Shown here in pieces: positions 41,880-52,081 of a stretch of 64,000 nucleotides of DNA. The position numbers and the translations under genes were made by a program. Numbering within the stretch: the stretch's first letter is position 1; each line of letters begins with the position of its first letter. Source of the stretch: Clostridia bacterium (lineage in GTDB: Bacteria; Bacillota; Clostridia; Oscillospirales; CAG-382); assembly GCA_017396825.1 (NCBI GenBank), contig JAFQKR010000001.1, positions 817 through 64,816 of the forward strand. The letters run 5' to 3'. Under the pieces are notes generated by a model. That model was given only the letters and a program-made list of their open reading frames with translations, ran no database searches and had not been told where the DNA came from.

Positions 41880-42732
41880 TATAAAAAAGGCCTTTGCCGA
41901 GGACGAAGCCGCATACGAGGCGGCTGTTCTTGAGGCGGCAAATAGAATAATAGAAAAGAAAACTGTAAAGATGGTTTTTGTATGCGGTGCTTCCTGTGCA
42001 GGGAAAACTCCCACTACGGAAAGACTGTCTCATTACCTTAACGAGCGCGGAATAAAGACCGAGCTCATTTCTCTCGACGATTTTTATCGTCATCCGGAGG
42101 ATGCTATTTATAATGCAGACGGCACCCCTGATTATGAAAGCCCTCAAAGTCTGGATCTTGATTTGCTTCACGGGTGCTTTACCGCCTTGTGCGACGGTAA
42201 AAGCGCCTGGATGCCAAGGTTTATCTTTGCCGAGAAAAAAAGAAGCGATACCTATGTAAGGATGAGCCTTGAGGACGACGAATTGTGTATCGTCGAAGGC
42301 CTTCATTCCCTTAATCCGGAAATATGTGGCAGTTACATTGATCCAAGCAAAACGTTTAAGATTTATCTTGATGCAAACACCGAAAAGGACGACGAGCCCA
42401 GACTTGTTCGCAGAATAGTAAGGGACTATTATAAAAGATGTTCCACTGCCGAGAACACTCTTTCCATGTGGCAAAACGTAGAAGAGGGAAGCCGTAAATA
42501 TATATATCCCTACAAGGATACCGCAGACGTTAGCATAAATACGTATATCAATTACGAGCGTTACGTTATGCGTGATGACGCCTTGCGTATGCTTGATGAG
42601 GTTCCCATGGACAGCCCTTACCGTAAAAAAGCCGAGGAGATAATGGACGACCTTCGTCCCTTGCCATCTCTTCCCAAGAGCGAGATAACTCCTCAATCTT
42701 TTATGAGAGAATTTATAACTCAAAGGACGTAG
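41860..42732 (+). CDS. Uridine/nucleoside kinase family P-loop protein
   Basis: GASCAGKT, ISLDDFY, VEGLHSLN, RRIVRD. Confidence 0.88.
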   Translation: MERYYSDIKKAFAEDEAAYEAAVLEAANRIIEKKTVKMVFVCGASCAGKTPTTERLSHYLNERGIKTELISLDDFYRHPEDAIYNADGTPDYESPQSLDLDLLHGCFTALCDGKSAWMPRFIFAEKKRSDTYVRMSLEDDELCIVEGLHSLNPEICGSYIDPSKTFKIYLDANTEKDDEPRLVRRIVRDYYKRCSTAENTLSMWQNVEEGSRKYIYPYKDTADVSINTYINYERYVMRDDALRMLDEVPMDSPYRKKAEEIMDDLRPLPSLPKSEITPQSFMREFITQRT

Positions 42733-42733
42733 T

Positions 42734-44419
42734 ATGCCGATAAAAAGAAGTGAAAAAAGTTTTCTTGTTGAAGCGTCAATAATTTCAATATCAAACTTCA
42801 CGGTAAAGATCATAGGTGTGCTTTTCAGCATACCTATGAGCAATTTGTTGCAGGACAATATGGGCATATTCAATGCCGCGTATAACGTTTATGCAATGCT
42901 TTATATGATATCAACTGCAGGGCTTCCGGTTGCAACCTCTCGCATGGTTGCGGCGGCTGCCAAACGCGGCAGAAGGTATGAAACACAGCGTATATATAAG
43001 CTTTGTCTTCTTATGTTCGGCATAATAGGCTTTGTATGCGCCGCTTTTATGTTCGCCTTTGCAGGGAGAATAGCCTCGTTTACAGAACACGGTGACAGCG
43101 TTTATGCCATGCGTGTAATTGCACCGTCTTTGTTTACTATCTGCATAGTTTCCGCAGTAAGAGGGTATTTACAAGGGCTTAGGAATATGGTCCCTACTGC
43201 AGTTTCACAGTTTATAGAGGCGTTTTTTAAGCTTACCGTTGGTTTTGGTATGGCATATTGGTCCAATCAACGCGGCGATGCGCCTGCTGTTCAGGCGGCG
43301 TGGGCAATGTCGGGCATTACCATAGGTATAATCTTGGGAATGATCTACCTTTTGGTTTATAAACGTTTCTTCCACAAAAACGATGTGGAGCTTTTGGATG
43401 AAAGCAGTGATTGTAATAAAGAGATTACTAAAAAATTGCTTAAGATAGCCATACCGGTTACAATAACCAGCTCGGCCTTGTATCTTTCTCATTTTGCAGA
43501 TACCTTGGTTATAAAAAAAGCGCTGATAAGCTCTGGCTTTTCCGATGCTGTGGCAACTTCCATGTTCAGTGCGTACACAACCTTGTCCACTAAACTTGCA
43601 GACCTTTTGCCGTCTACGTTGGTCTTTCCCATCGCAATAAGTATCCTACCCGCTGTTTCCGGTGCTCTTGCGGTCAAAAATATGCAGGGAGTTAGGGATT
43701 ATGTAAAGTCTTCGCTTAGAATAAGCGGTCTTATCGCTTTGCCCTGCGGAGCCATACTTTTCGTGCTGTCCAGACCGCTTATTGCCCTCTTATACGGTAG
43801 CGGTTGGGGCAAGGAAATAATAATAAACGGTTCTGTGGTTATGCCCATTGACCTTGCATCCAACGCTCTTTCGATATTGGCTGTCGGCATATTGTTTATT
43901 TCGTTGGTTTCAACTACCAACGCATTATTGCAAGCTATAGGAAAAACCTGGCTGCCCATGGTGTCGGTTCTTTGCGGTTCGATTTTGCTTTTGATTTCCG
44001 ATGTTGTTTTAATACGTAACAACACCGTGAATATTTACGGCGCACCCATAAGCACAGTTTTGTGTTATATAGTAGCGTACTGTCTTAATACTTATTTTCT
44101 TAAAAAAAGCGGCATGGACGGAGTTTCTCCTTTGGGTCTGTTTATAAAACCTTTATTTGCAGCTTTGCTTAGCGGCGGCGCTAGTTTTGGTGTCTACAGC
44201 CTTATGAGGCTGATCGTGACCGGAGATGGGCGCTTGGATAATCTTTTGTTGCTTGCCGTATCCGGAATTGCAGGGGTTGTTGTTTACGCCATTGTACTTC
44301 TTGCAATAAAGGGCATTACAGATACAGAGGTAAGACTCTTGCCTTTCGGCAACCGTATAGCCGCGGTTTTAATAAAATTCAGGTTGCTAAGAGCTTTGGA
44401 GGATAAAAATGACAAATAA
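42734..44419 (+). CDS. SpoVB/YabM/MurJ-like polysaccharide flippase
   Basis: STAGLPVA, RGYLQG, PTAVSQFIE, many TM helices; upstream of mazG as in the B. subtilis yabM-yabN pair. Confidence 0.9.
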   Translation: MPIKRSEKSFLVEASIISISNFTVKIIGVLFSIPMSNLLQDNMGIFNAAYNVYAMLYMISTAGLPVATSRMVAAAAKRGRRYETQRIYKLCLLMFGIIGFVCAAFMFAFAGRIASFTEHGDSVYAMRVIAPSLFTICIVSAVRGYLQGLRNMVPTAVSQFIEAFFKLTVGFGMAYWSNQRGDAPAVQAAWAMSGITIGIILGMIYLLVYKRFFHKNDVELLDESSDCNKEITKKLLKIAIPVTITSSALYLSHFADTLVIKKALISSGFSDAVATSMFSAYTTLSTKLADLLPSTLVFPIAISILPAVSGALAVKNMQGVRDYVKSSLRISGLIALPCGAILFVLSRPLIALLYGSGWGKEIIINGSVVMPIDLASNALSILAVGILFISLVSTTNALLQAIGKTWLPMVSVLCGSILLLISDVVLIRNNTVNIYGAPISTVLCYIVAYCLNTYFLKKSGMDGVSPLGLFIKPLFAALLSGGASFGVYSLMRLIVTGDGRLDNLLLLAVSGIAGVVVYAIVLLAIKGITDTEVRLLPFGNRIAAVLIKFRLLRALEDKNDK

Positions 44420-45233
44420 TGAATTTGACAGCGCAGTTGAAGAGCTAAAATCGAAAACGAAATATTCTTTTTCGGACCTTTGCTTGATAGTTGAGGTGTT
44501 AAGACACGAAAGAGGCTGTCCTTGGGATAGAGAGCAAACCCATAAAAGTATAAGGAAAAATATGCTTGAGGAAGCGTACGAGGCGGCAGAGGCAATAGAT
44601 CTTGAGGACAAGGATCTGCTTTGCGAGGAGCTTGGCGACGTTATGCTTCAAACTGTTTTACATGCAAGCATTTCTGCTTCCGAGGGCGGATTCGATGTTA
44701 ATGATGTGTGTACGGGTATATGCTCTAAGCTTATAATAAGGCATCCGCATGTTTTTGGGGACGTTACCGTCAGCGGAACGGGTGAGGTGCTTAAGAACTG
44801 GGAAAACATAAAGCAGGCGACCAAGGGTGTAAAAACTGCGACTGCAAGCATTGAAGGGATTTCTAAGGCTCTTCCTGCCTTGGTTAGAGCGCAAAAAATT
44901 GGTCAAAAGGCAGCTAAACAGCGTTTTGATTTTGCTTCTGCAGAGGATGCGCTTGCAAAGGCTGAAGAGGAAATACGCGAGCTTAGAGAGGCGCTTGCCG
45001 TAAGGGATGCTGAAAATATCGAGGAAGAGGCCGGGGATCTGCTCTTGGCAGTTGTAAACACCGCAAGGCTTGCAGGTGTTGATGCTGAAGAAGCACTTCA
45101 TAAAGCAAATGAAAAATTTGTCAAAAGATTTGCCATAGTTGAAAGAGCAGCTAATGATGAGGGTGTTTCTCTTTCCGAAAAGACCGAAGAAGAGATGCTT
45201 TCCCTGTGGAATAAGGCAAAAAACACACGTTAA
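44409..45233 (+). CDS. mazG: Nucleoside triphosphate pyrophosphohydrolase MazG
   Basis: GCPWDREQTH, EELGD, RHPHVFG, EEAGDLL. Confidence 0.96.
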   Translation: MTNNEFDSAVEELKSKTKYSFSDLCLIVEVLRHERGCPWDREQTHKSIRKNMLEEAYEAAEAIDLEDKDLLCEELGDVMLQTVLHASISASEGGFDVNDVCTGICSKLIIRHPHVFGDVTVSGTGEVLKNWENIKQATKGVKTATASIEGISKALPALVRAQKIGQKAAKQRFDFASAEDALAKAEEEIRELREALAVRDAENIEEEAGDLLLAVVNTARLAGVDAEEALHKANEKFVKRFAIVERAANDEGVSLSEKTEEEMLSLWNKAKNTR

Positions 45234-45267
45234 TAAAACAAAAAATGCAGTTTTTGCAAAAAAACAC

Positions 45268-45296
45268 TTGAATTACATCTTTTTAGATGATATAAT
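45268..45296 (+). promoter_or_regulatory. SigA-type promoter of hup
   Basis: TTGAAT-N17-TATAAT with extended TG. Confidence 0.75.
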
Positions 45297-45326
45297 CACT
45301 ATATAACATAATTTGGAGGATGTATA

Positions 45327-45602
45327 ATGAACAAGTCTACACTTATTGAAACAGTTTCCAAGAGCGCAGACATAAAAAAAGGTGCGGCAGAAGCAGCAGT
45401 TAATGCGGTTTTTGCGGCTATTCAGGCAGCACTTTCCGAAGGCAATGAAGTAAAGATTGCAGGCTTTGGCTCCTTTAAGGTTAAGGAAAGAAAAGAGAGA
45501 ACCGGTCGTAACCCCAGAACCAAAGAGGAAATAGTAGTTCCTGCTTCTAAGACCCCTGCTTTTTCTCCTGCAAAGGCTCTTAAGGACGCAGTTAACAAGT
45601 AA
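45327..45602 (+). CDS. hup: Histone-like protein HU
   Basis: MNKSTLI, GFGSF, RTGRNPRT, PAFSPAKALKDAV. Confidence 0.97.
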   Translation: MNKSTLIETVSKSADIKKGAAEAAVNAVFAAIQAALSEGNEVKIAGFGSFKVKERKERTGRNPRTKEEIVVPASKTPAFSPAKALKDAVNK

Positions 45603-45632
45603 ACCGTTTTTTGATCTATGGAGGTGTCCGCC

Positions 45633-45875
45633 TTGCGTCTTGATAAGTTCTTAAAAGTATCGCGTATAATTAAAAGGCGTACTGTTGCCAACGAGGCTTG
45701 TGACAGTTCTTACGTGTCCGTTAACGGCGCTCCCGCAAAGGCATCTCGTATACTAAAGGTTGGGGATGTAGTGGAGGTTGCCTTCGGTACTCGTACCCTT
45801 AAGTTTCGTGTTCTGGCTTTGACAGAGCACGTTGCTAAGGCAGACGCTTCTTCAATGTATGAGGTAATATCATAA
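45633..45875 (+). CDS. yabO: S4-domain RNA-binding protein YabO/RqcP
   Basis: (M)RLDKFLKVSRIIKRRTVANEAC; TTG 45633 after GGAGGTG. Confidence 0.93.
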   Translation: MRLDKFLKVSRIIKRRTVANEACDSSYVSVNGAPAKASRILKVGDVVEVAFGTRTLKFRVLALTEHVAKADASSMYEVIS

Positions 45876-45898
45876 TTTTGCTTTTGCCTGCATATCCT
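45870..45898 (+). promoter_or_regulatory. SigE-type promoter of yabP-yabQ
   Basis: TCATAAT-N14-CATATCCT, same spacing as the spoIVA promoter; yabP is SigE-dependent in B. subtilis. Confidence 0.6.
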
Positions 45899-45927
45899 TT
45901 AACGTATTATTATTAAGGGGTGTTTGT

Positions 45928-46194
45928 ATGGCAGAAAATAAAAACAATACGTCTGCCCATCTTACCGGAAGGTCTTTTTTGGCGCTCACGGGTATTGATG
46001 AGGTTTTAAGTTTTGATGACGGCATGGTAAGCCTTGATTGCGGCGGCACCGTTCTTGCGGTTAGCGGCAGTGAGCTTTCCATAGTTAAGTTGTCTCTGGA
46101 AAGCGGAGAGGTAAGCCTTTCGGGGCGTATAGATGCAATAGTATATACAGATGAACAGCCTAAAAGGGGCTTGTTTTCTAAATTGTTCGGCTGA
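45928..46194 (+). CDS. yabP: Sporulation protein YabP
   Basis: LTGIDEVLSFDD...LSIVKLSLESGEVSLSGRIDAIVY...GLFSKLF. Confidence 0.9.
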   Translation: MAENKNNTSAHLTGRSFLALTGIDEVLSFDDGMVSLDCGGTVLAVSGSELSIVKLSLESGEVSLSGRIDAIVYTDEQPKRGLFSKLFG

Positions 46195-46195
46195 T

Positions 46196-46633
46196 ATGTG
46201 GTTGCTTCTTTTTCAAGATAGAGGAACTGCTTTTTTAGCGTCTTTGGCCGTTGGTTGCATCATTGGCTTGATCTATGATGTTTTCCGCCTTGTTAGGGTG
46301 GTGTATAGCGGAGGCCGAATTAAGCTGTTTTTTGAAGACGTTTTGTTTTGTGTTATGTCGGCGTTGGTTTTTACGGTTTTTATGTTCAACGTAAACATGG
46401 GTGTTATTAGGATGTTTACCGCTGTTGGGGTGCTCATGGGCTTTTTTGCTTATAGGTTTTCGGTGGGGATGTTTACCGTCCCAGCTGCAAGATGGCTTAA
46501 AGGTCTTTTAACTCCTCCGGTTAAACGCGCAATAAAGCGCTGTTCACATGTCGTTTCGGTCTTTATGGCTAGACGCATAACTTTTGCTGAAGTTAAAAGC
46601 GTCAAAAGATTTCCAAGCAAAGTTTTTAGGTAA
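46196..46633 (+). CDS. yabQ: Spore cortex protein YabQ
   Basis: GLIYDVFRLVR, FFEDVLF, NMGVIR; follows yabP. Confidence 0.85.
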   Translation: MWLLLFQDRGTAFLASLAVGCIIGLIYDVFRLVRVVYSGGRIKLFFEDVLFCVMSALVFTVFMFNVNMGVIRMFTAVGVLMGFFAYRFSVGMFTVPAARWLKGLLTPPVKRAIKRCSHVVSVFMARRITFAEVKSVKRFPSKVFR

Positions 46634-46651
46634 AGCGTAAGGAGGTTTATT

Positions 46652-46927
46652 ATGGTGAGAAAAAAGAATACCGTTATCCGTGTCACCGTATATTGTTTGC
46701 TCATAGTGTTTCTTATCGCCATAGTGAATCTGCAGATAAGCATGAATGAGCTTGAAGATACCATTCAAAGCCAAAAAGAAGAGATAGTAAAATTGGAAGA
46801 TGATATAGCCGAGTACGAGATGCTTTTGAACGAGGAAAAGGACGATGCGTATTACGAACGCCGCGCAAGGCTTTTGAATTACCATTTTCGTGATGAAATA
46901 GTTTTTTATAACGACTACGCACAATAA
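46652..46927 (+). CDS. divIC: Septum formation initiator DivIC/FtsB-like
   Basis: TM plus coiled coil, ERRARLLNY..DEIVF; yabP-yabQ-divIC synteny. Confidence 0.82.
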   Translation: MVRKKNTVIRVTVYCLLIVFLIAIVNLQISMNELEDTIQSQKEEIVKLEDDIAEYEMLLNEEKDDAYYERRARLLNYHFRDEIVFYNDYAQ

Positions 46928-46933
46928 ACAAAC

Positions 46934-46957
46934 TATGCTCCCTTTAAAGGGGGCATA
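46934..46957 (+). terminator. Stem-loop after divIC
   Basis: TATGCTCCCT-TTAA-AGGGGGCATA followed by TTCTTT. Confidence 0.55.
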
Positions 46958-46974
46958 TTCTTTATGGAGGAAAT

Positions 46975-47805
46975 ATGAGGGTAATTACAGCAAAGGAAAT
47001 AGAGAATACTGTTTGTGATCTGTTTAAAAAAGCGGCAATAAAGTTACCGCCCGACGTTTACAAGTCGATGAAAAAAGCCCGTAGGGAGGAAGAAAATCTC
47101 CGCGCCTCATCCGTGCTTTGCAAACTTTGTGACAACGCTTGTGTTGCCGAAAAAAGTGGGGTTCCGATTTGTCAGGATACGGGTCTTGCTTTTGTGTTTG
47201 CAGAAATAGGGCAGGACGTTCATATAGAGGGCGATTTCGAAAAGGCTGTAAACCGCGGAGTTAAGCGCGCCTATGTCGGAGGAAAACTCAGGCTTTCCGT
47301 TGCCGATCCTCTTACCCGTAAAAACACCGGCACTAATACTCCTGCGATAATCTATACAAGCCTTGTAAAGGGTGACAAATTAAAGATCACGGCCATGCCT
47401 AAGGGCTTTGGCAGTGAAAATATGAGCGCCCTTAAAATGTTTAACCCCACCGCTAGTACTGAAGACATAAAGGCGTTTGTTACGGATACAGTTCTTAAGG
47501 CGGGCGCTAATCCGTGCCCGCCTATTATCGTTGGCGTTGGTATAGGCGGCAGCTTCGACTATTGTGCTTATCTTGCTAAAAAAGCCCTCATCAGACCCGT
47601 TGGTAAATACAATAAAACGCATAAGGTTCTTGAGGCGGAATTGCTTGAACAAATAAACCAAACCGGTATAGGTCCTCAGGGGTTTGGAGGTAAAACTACC
47701 TGCCTTTGGGTGGCTGTAGAGTCAGCGCCCACCCATATTGCCGGCCTTCCCGTTGCTGTTAATATCTCTTGTCATGCAACAAGGCACGCTGATGCTGTTT
47801 TGTGA
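46975..47805 (+). CDS. Class I fumarate hydratase/L-tartrate dehydratase alpha subunit
   Basis: [37 protein letters not shown]. Confidence 0.93.
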   Translation: MRVITAKEIENTVCDLFKKAAIKLPPDVYKSMKKARREEENLRASSVLCKLCDNACVAEKSGVPICQDTGLAFVFAEIGQDVHIEGDFEKAVNRGVKRAYVGGKLRLSVADPLTRKNTGTNTPAIIYTSLVKGDKLKITAMPKGFGSENMSALKMFNPTASTEDIKAFVTDTVLKAGANPCPPIIVGVGIGGSFDYCAYLAKKALIRPVGKYNKTHKVLEAELLEQINQTGIGPQGFGGKTTCLWVAVESAPTHIAGLPVAVNISCHATRHADAVL

Positions 47806-47842
47806 GTTTTACACAAAATAGGGCGGTGTTATCAAAAAACTC

Positions 47843-47871
47843 TTGACATTTTTGCCACGACCTGCTAAAAT
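47843..47871 (+). promoter_or_regulatory. SigA-type promoter of hpf
   Basis: TTGACA-N17-TAAAAT with extended TG. Confidence 0.8.
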
Positions 47872-47877
47872 ACAAGT

Positions 47878-47959
47878 GTCAAAAGCAATAGTTTTTGGCT
47901 AATCTATCAGAAGGGAGTGTACCGCCGCGGTACGACTCCGCGGCAGTGCTACGACGGTA
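47878..47959 (+). promoter_or_regulatory. Structured 5' leader of hpf
   Basis: 5' hairpin at 47878-47899; SD-like AAGGGAG 42 nt upstream of the ATG; alternative GC-rich pairings in 47914-47959. Confidence 0.55.
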
Positions 47960-48481
47960 ATGAAAATTGCTATCATCACCCGTAAATTTGAGGCAACTGA
48001 GGATGTAAAGGCACGTATTGAGAAAAAACTTGCCAAGTTGGACAAGTTCTTCCCTAAGGAGACGGAAGCTAAGGTTACTCTTAAAGAGGAAGGCGGCAAG
48101 GTGCGTGTTGAGGTAACGATATGGCAGGGCGGTGCGATATTCCGCGCTGAGGAAACGGATAAGGAGGTATATAACGCAATAGACCGAGTAGAGGACGTGC
48201 TGGAAAGACAAATACGCAAAAACCGCACGAGACTTGCCAAAAAGATGCACTTTGCAAAGGACACCTTTGCAGATATCGGTGTTGACGAGGCAGAGGATGA
48301 ACTTGAGATTTCTAAGGTTAAAAAGTTTGAAATTTTGCCTATGACTGTTGAAGAGGCTGTTATGCAAATGAACCTTCTTTCTCACGAGTTTTATATGTTC
48401 CGCAACTCTGATACCGGTGCTATAAACGTTGTATATAAACGCAAGGGCGGCTCTTACGGCGTGATTGAGCCTACTGAGTAA
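47960..48481 (+). CDS. hpf: Ribosome hibernation promoting factor (long HPF/RaiA)
   Basis: KLAKLDKFF, YNAID...LERQIRKNRTRL, PMTVEEAVMQMNLLSHEFY, VVYKRKGGSYG. Confidence 0.96.
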   Translation: MKIAIITRKFEATEDVKARIEKKLAKLDKFFPKETEAKVTLKEEGGKVRVEVTIWQGGAIFRAEETDKEVYNAIDRVEDVLERQIRKNRTRLAKKMHFAKDTFADIGVDEAEDELEISKVKKFEILPMTVEEAVMQMNLLSHEFYMFRNSDTGAINVVYKRKGGSYGVIEPTE

Positions 48482-48518
48482 TCCTTTGATAATATATTCG
48501 TAATTTCAGTTTGTAAAT

Positions 48519-48553
48519 GCCCCAACGGTTAATTCCGTTGGGGCTCCTTGTTT
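48519..48553 (+). terminator. Terminator after hpf
   Basis: GCCCCAACGG-TTAATT-CCGTTGGGGC, 10-bp stem. Confidence 0.7.
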
Positions 48554-48635
48554 AGTACACAAAATTTCAACGGTGTGTTTAATTATAGTTAACATATGTG
48601 TAGTATCTTTACATAAAACGTTTTGAGGAGGCTTT

Positions 48636-49760
48636 ATGGTTTTTGTTGTCAGTTGTCTTTTCGGTATGGAGAAATTTGTTGCCGATGATATAGATGCTTT
48701 AGGTTATAAGAGACTTGAGACAATAGATGGGCGTGTTGTGTTTGAAGCGCCTGAGGAAGCGGTTGCCAGAGGTAACGTTAATTTTCGTTACGCCGAACGG
48801 CTTTTTATACGCCTCGCCGAGTTTGACGCTCCGGATTTTGATACGCTCTTCGAGGGTGTTAAGGCGATAGATTGGCAGAACTATATAGGCAGACTTGATG
48901 CTTTTCCCGTAAAAGGTCATGCAATAAAATCCAAGCTTTTTTCCATTCCGGACTGTCAGCGCATAGTCAAAAAGGCGGTAGTGGAAAAGCTCAAACTTAG
49001 CTACAAGGAAACGTTTTTTAAAGAAACGGGCGCAACGGTGCAGATAGAGTTTTTTATCCTGAAGGATAAGGCTTCTATCATGATAGATACTTCGGGCGTG
49101 GGCCTGCATAAGCGCGGCTATCGGCCCGTTTCCAACGCAGCGCCGTTGAGAGAAACTCTTGCAGCAGCCCTTGTCACCATGTCAAGACCGCGTGAAGGCG
49201 TTATTATCGTTGACCCTCTTTGCGGAAGCGGCACAATACCCATAGAGGCGGCGTTGCTTTGTACTAATACCGCACCCGGGCTTAAACGTTCCTTTGCCGG
49301 TGAAAGCCTTCCTTTCTTGGATAACTCTATATGGAAGCACGCAAGGGAAGAAGCGTTGTCTAAAATAAAAAAGTGGGACAGCGGAATATACGGCTTTGAT
49401 ATTGACCCCGATTGCGTTGAACTTAGTAAGCAAAACGCAAAAAGAGCCGGTGTAGAGGATTTGGTAAAATTTGCGGTTGGCGACGTGCGTTCTTTCCATT
49501 CTCCTATAGAAGGGGCAAGGGGAACCATTGTTACTAATCCTCCTTATGGTGAGCGTATGGGCGAAAGGGCGGAGGTGGAAAAACTGTATAATGATATGGG
49601 GGTTGCCTTTTCAAGAAACGTTCCTAACTGGCAAGTATATGTTATCAACAGCAACGAAACTTTTCCACGATGCTTTGGCAGGCGACCCGATAAGGCCCGC
49701 AAGCTTTACAACGGTATGTTGCCTTGCACTTTTTATCAATATTTTAAAAAGAAGGGGTAA
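48636..49760 (+). CDS. THUMP-domain rRNA methyltransferase (RlmL/YpsC-like)
   Basis: LHKRGYR, APLRETLAAA, DPLCGSGTIPIEAA, TNPPYGER. Confidence 0.93.
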   Translation: MVFVVSCLFGMEKFVADDIDALGYKRLETIDGRVVFEAPEEAVARGNVNFRYAERLFIRLAEFDAPDFDTLFEGVKAIDWQNYIGRLDAFPVKGHAIKSKLFSIPDCQRIVKKAVVEKLKLSYKETFFKETGATVQIEFFILKDKASIMIDTSGVGLHKRGYRPVSNAAPLRETLAAALVTMSRPREGVIIVDPLCGSGTIPIEAALLCTNTAPGLKRSFAGESLPFLDNSIWKHAREEALSKIKKWDSGIYGFDIDPDCVELSKQNAKRAGVEDLVKFAVGDVRSFHSPIEGARGTIVTNPPYGERMGERAEVEKLYNDMGVAFSRNVPNWQVYVINSNETFPRCFGRRPDKARKLYNGMLPCTFYQYFKKKG

Positions 49761-49809
49761 ACATCGGCAAAGCACGTCAAATACCGTGGTAATTTTACAT
49801 CAAAAGACC

Positions 49810-49838
49810 TTGATTTTTTTGGCAAAATGTGCTAAAAT
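49810..49838 (+). promoter_or_regulatory. SigA-type promoter of groESL
   Basis: TTGATT-N17-TAAAAT with extended TG. Confidence 0.7.
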
Positions 49839-49863
49839 ATCTTTTTGAAAAGTATAAATATAA

Positions 49864-50163
<300 letters not shown>

Positions 50164-50169
50164 TCTTAG

Positions 50170-51819
<1,650 letters not shown>

Positions 51820-51835
51820 TAAATAGCGCTTGTTT

Positions 51836-51869
51836 AAAGCGGTGTCGGTTATGATCGGCACCGCTTTTT
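51836..51869 (+). terminator. Rho-independent terminator of groESL
   Basis: AAAGCGGTGTCG...CGGCACCGCTTTTT. Confidence 0.85.
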
Positions 51870-51881
51870 GTATTAAAAAAC

Positions 51882-51910
51882 TTGACAAAAACAAAATAAA
51901 CGAATATACT
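51882..51910 (+). promoter_or_regulatory. SigA-type promoter of the corA leader
   Basis: TTGACA-N17-TATACT. Confidence 0.8.
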
Positions 51911-51943
51911 GTTTTTATAAAACTTATAAAGGAGTGGCACAGT

Positions 51944-52015
51944 ATGGACAGTAGCGGCGCGCGATTATCCCGTTTATTAATACTTAATTACATACCACCT
52001 GTGCGGCCTTTTTAG
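51944..52015 (+). CDS. Putative 23-aa leader peptide (uORF) MDSSGARLSRLLILNYIPPVRPF
   Basis: SD AAAGGAG 9 nt upstream of ATG 51944; lies inside the ~165-nt leader between the promoter and corA. Confidence 0.6.
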   Translation: MDSSGARLSRLLILNYIPPVRPF

Positions 52016-52081
52016 TTATGTAGGTTTTTGTGCCTTTGCGGGGGGTGTGCTTTTGTGCATTTTTTGCGGAGGTGTTTTTTT

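Noticed and set aside
47878-47959. Full raiA motif ncRNA upstream of hpf
   Set aside because: The leader is only about 80 nt, too short for that large RNA; reported as a distinct small leader instead.
51911-52081. M-box (ykoK) riboswitch upstream of corA
   Set aside because: No recognisable M-box core by eye, and an SD-led uORF occupies the region. An Rfam scan would settle it.
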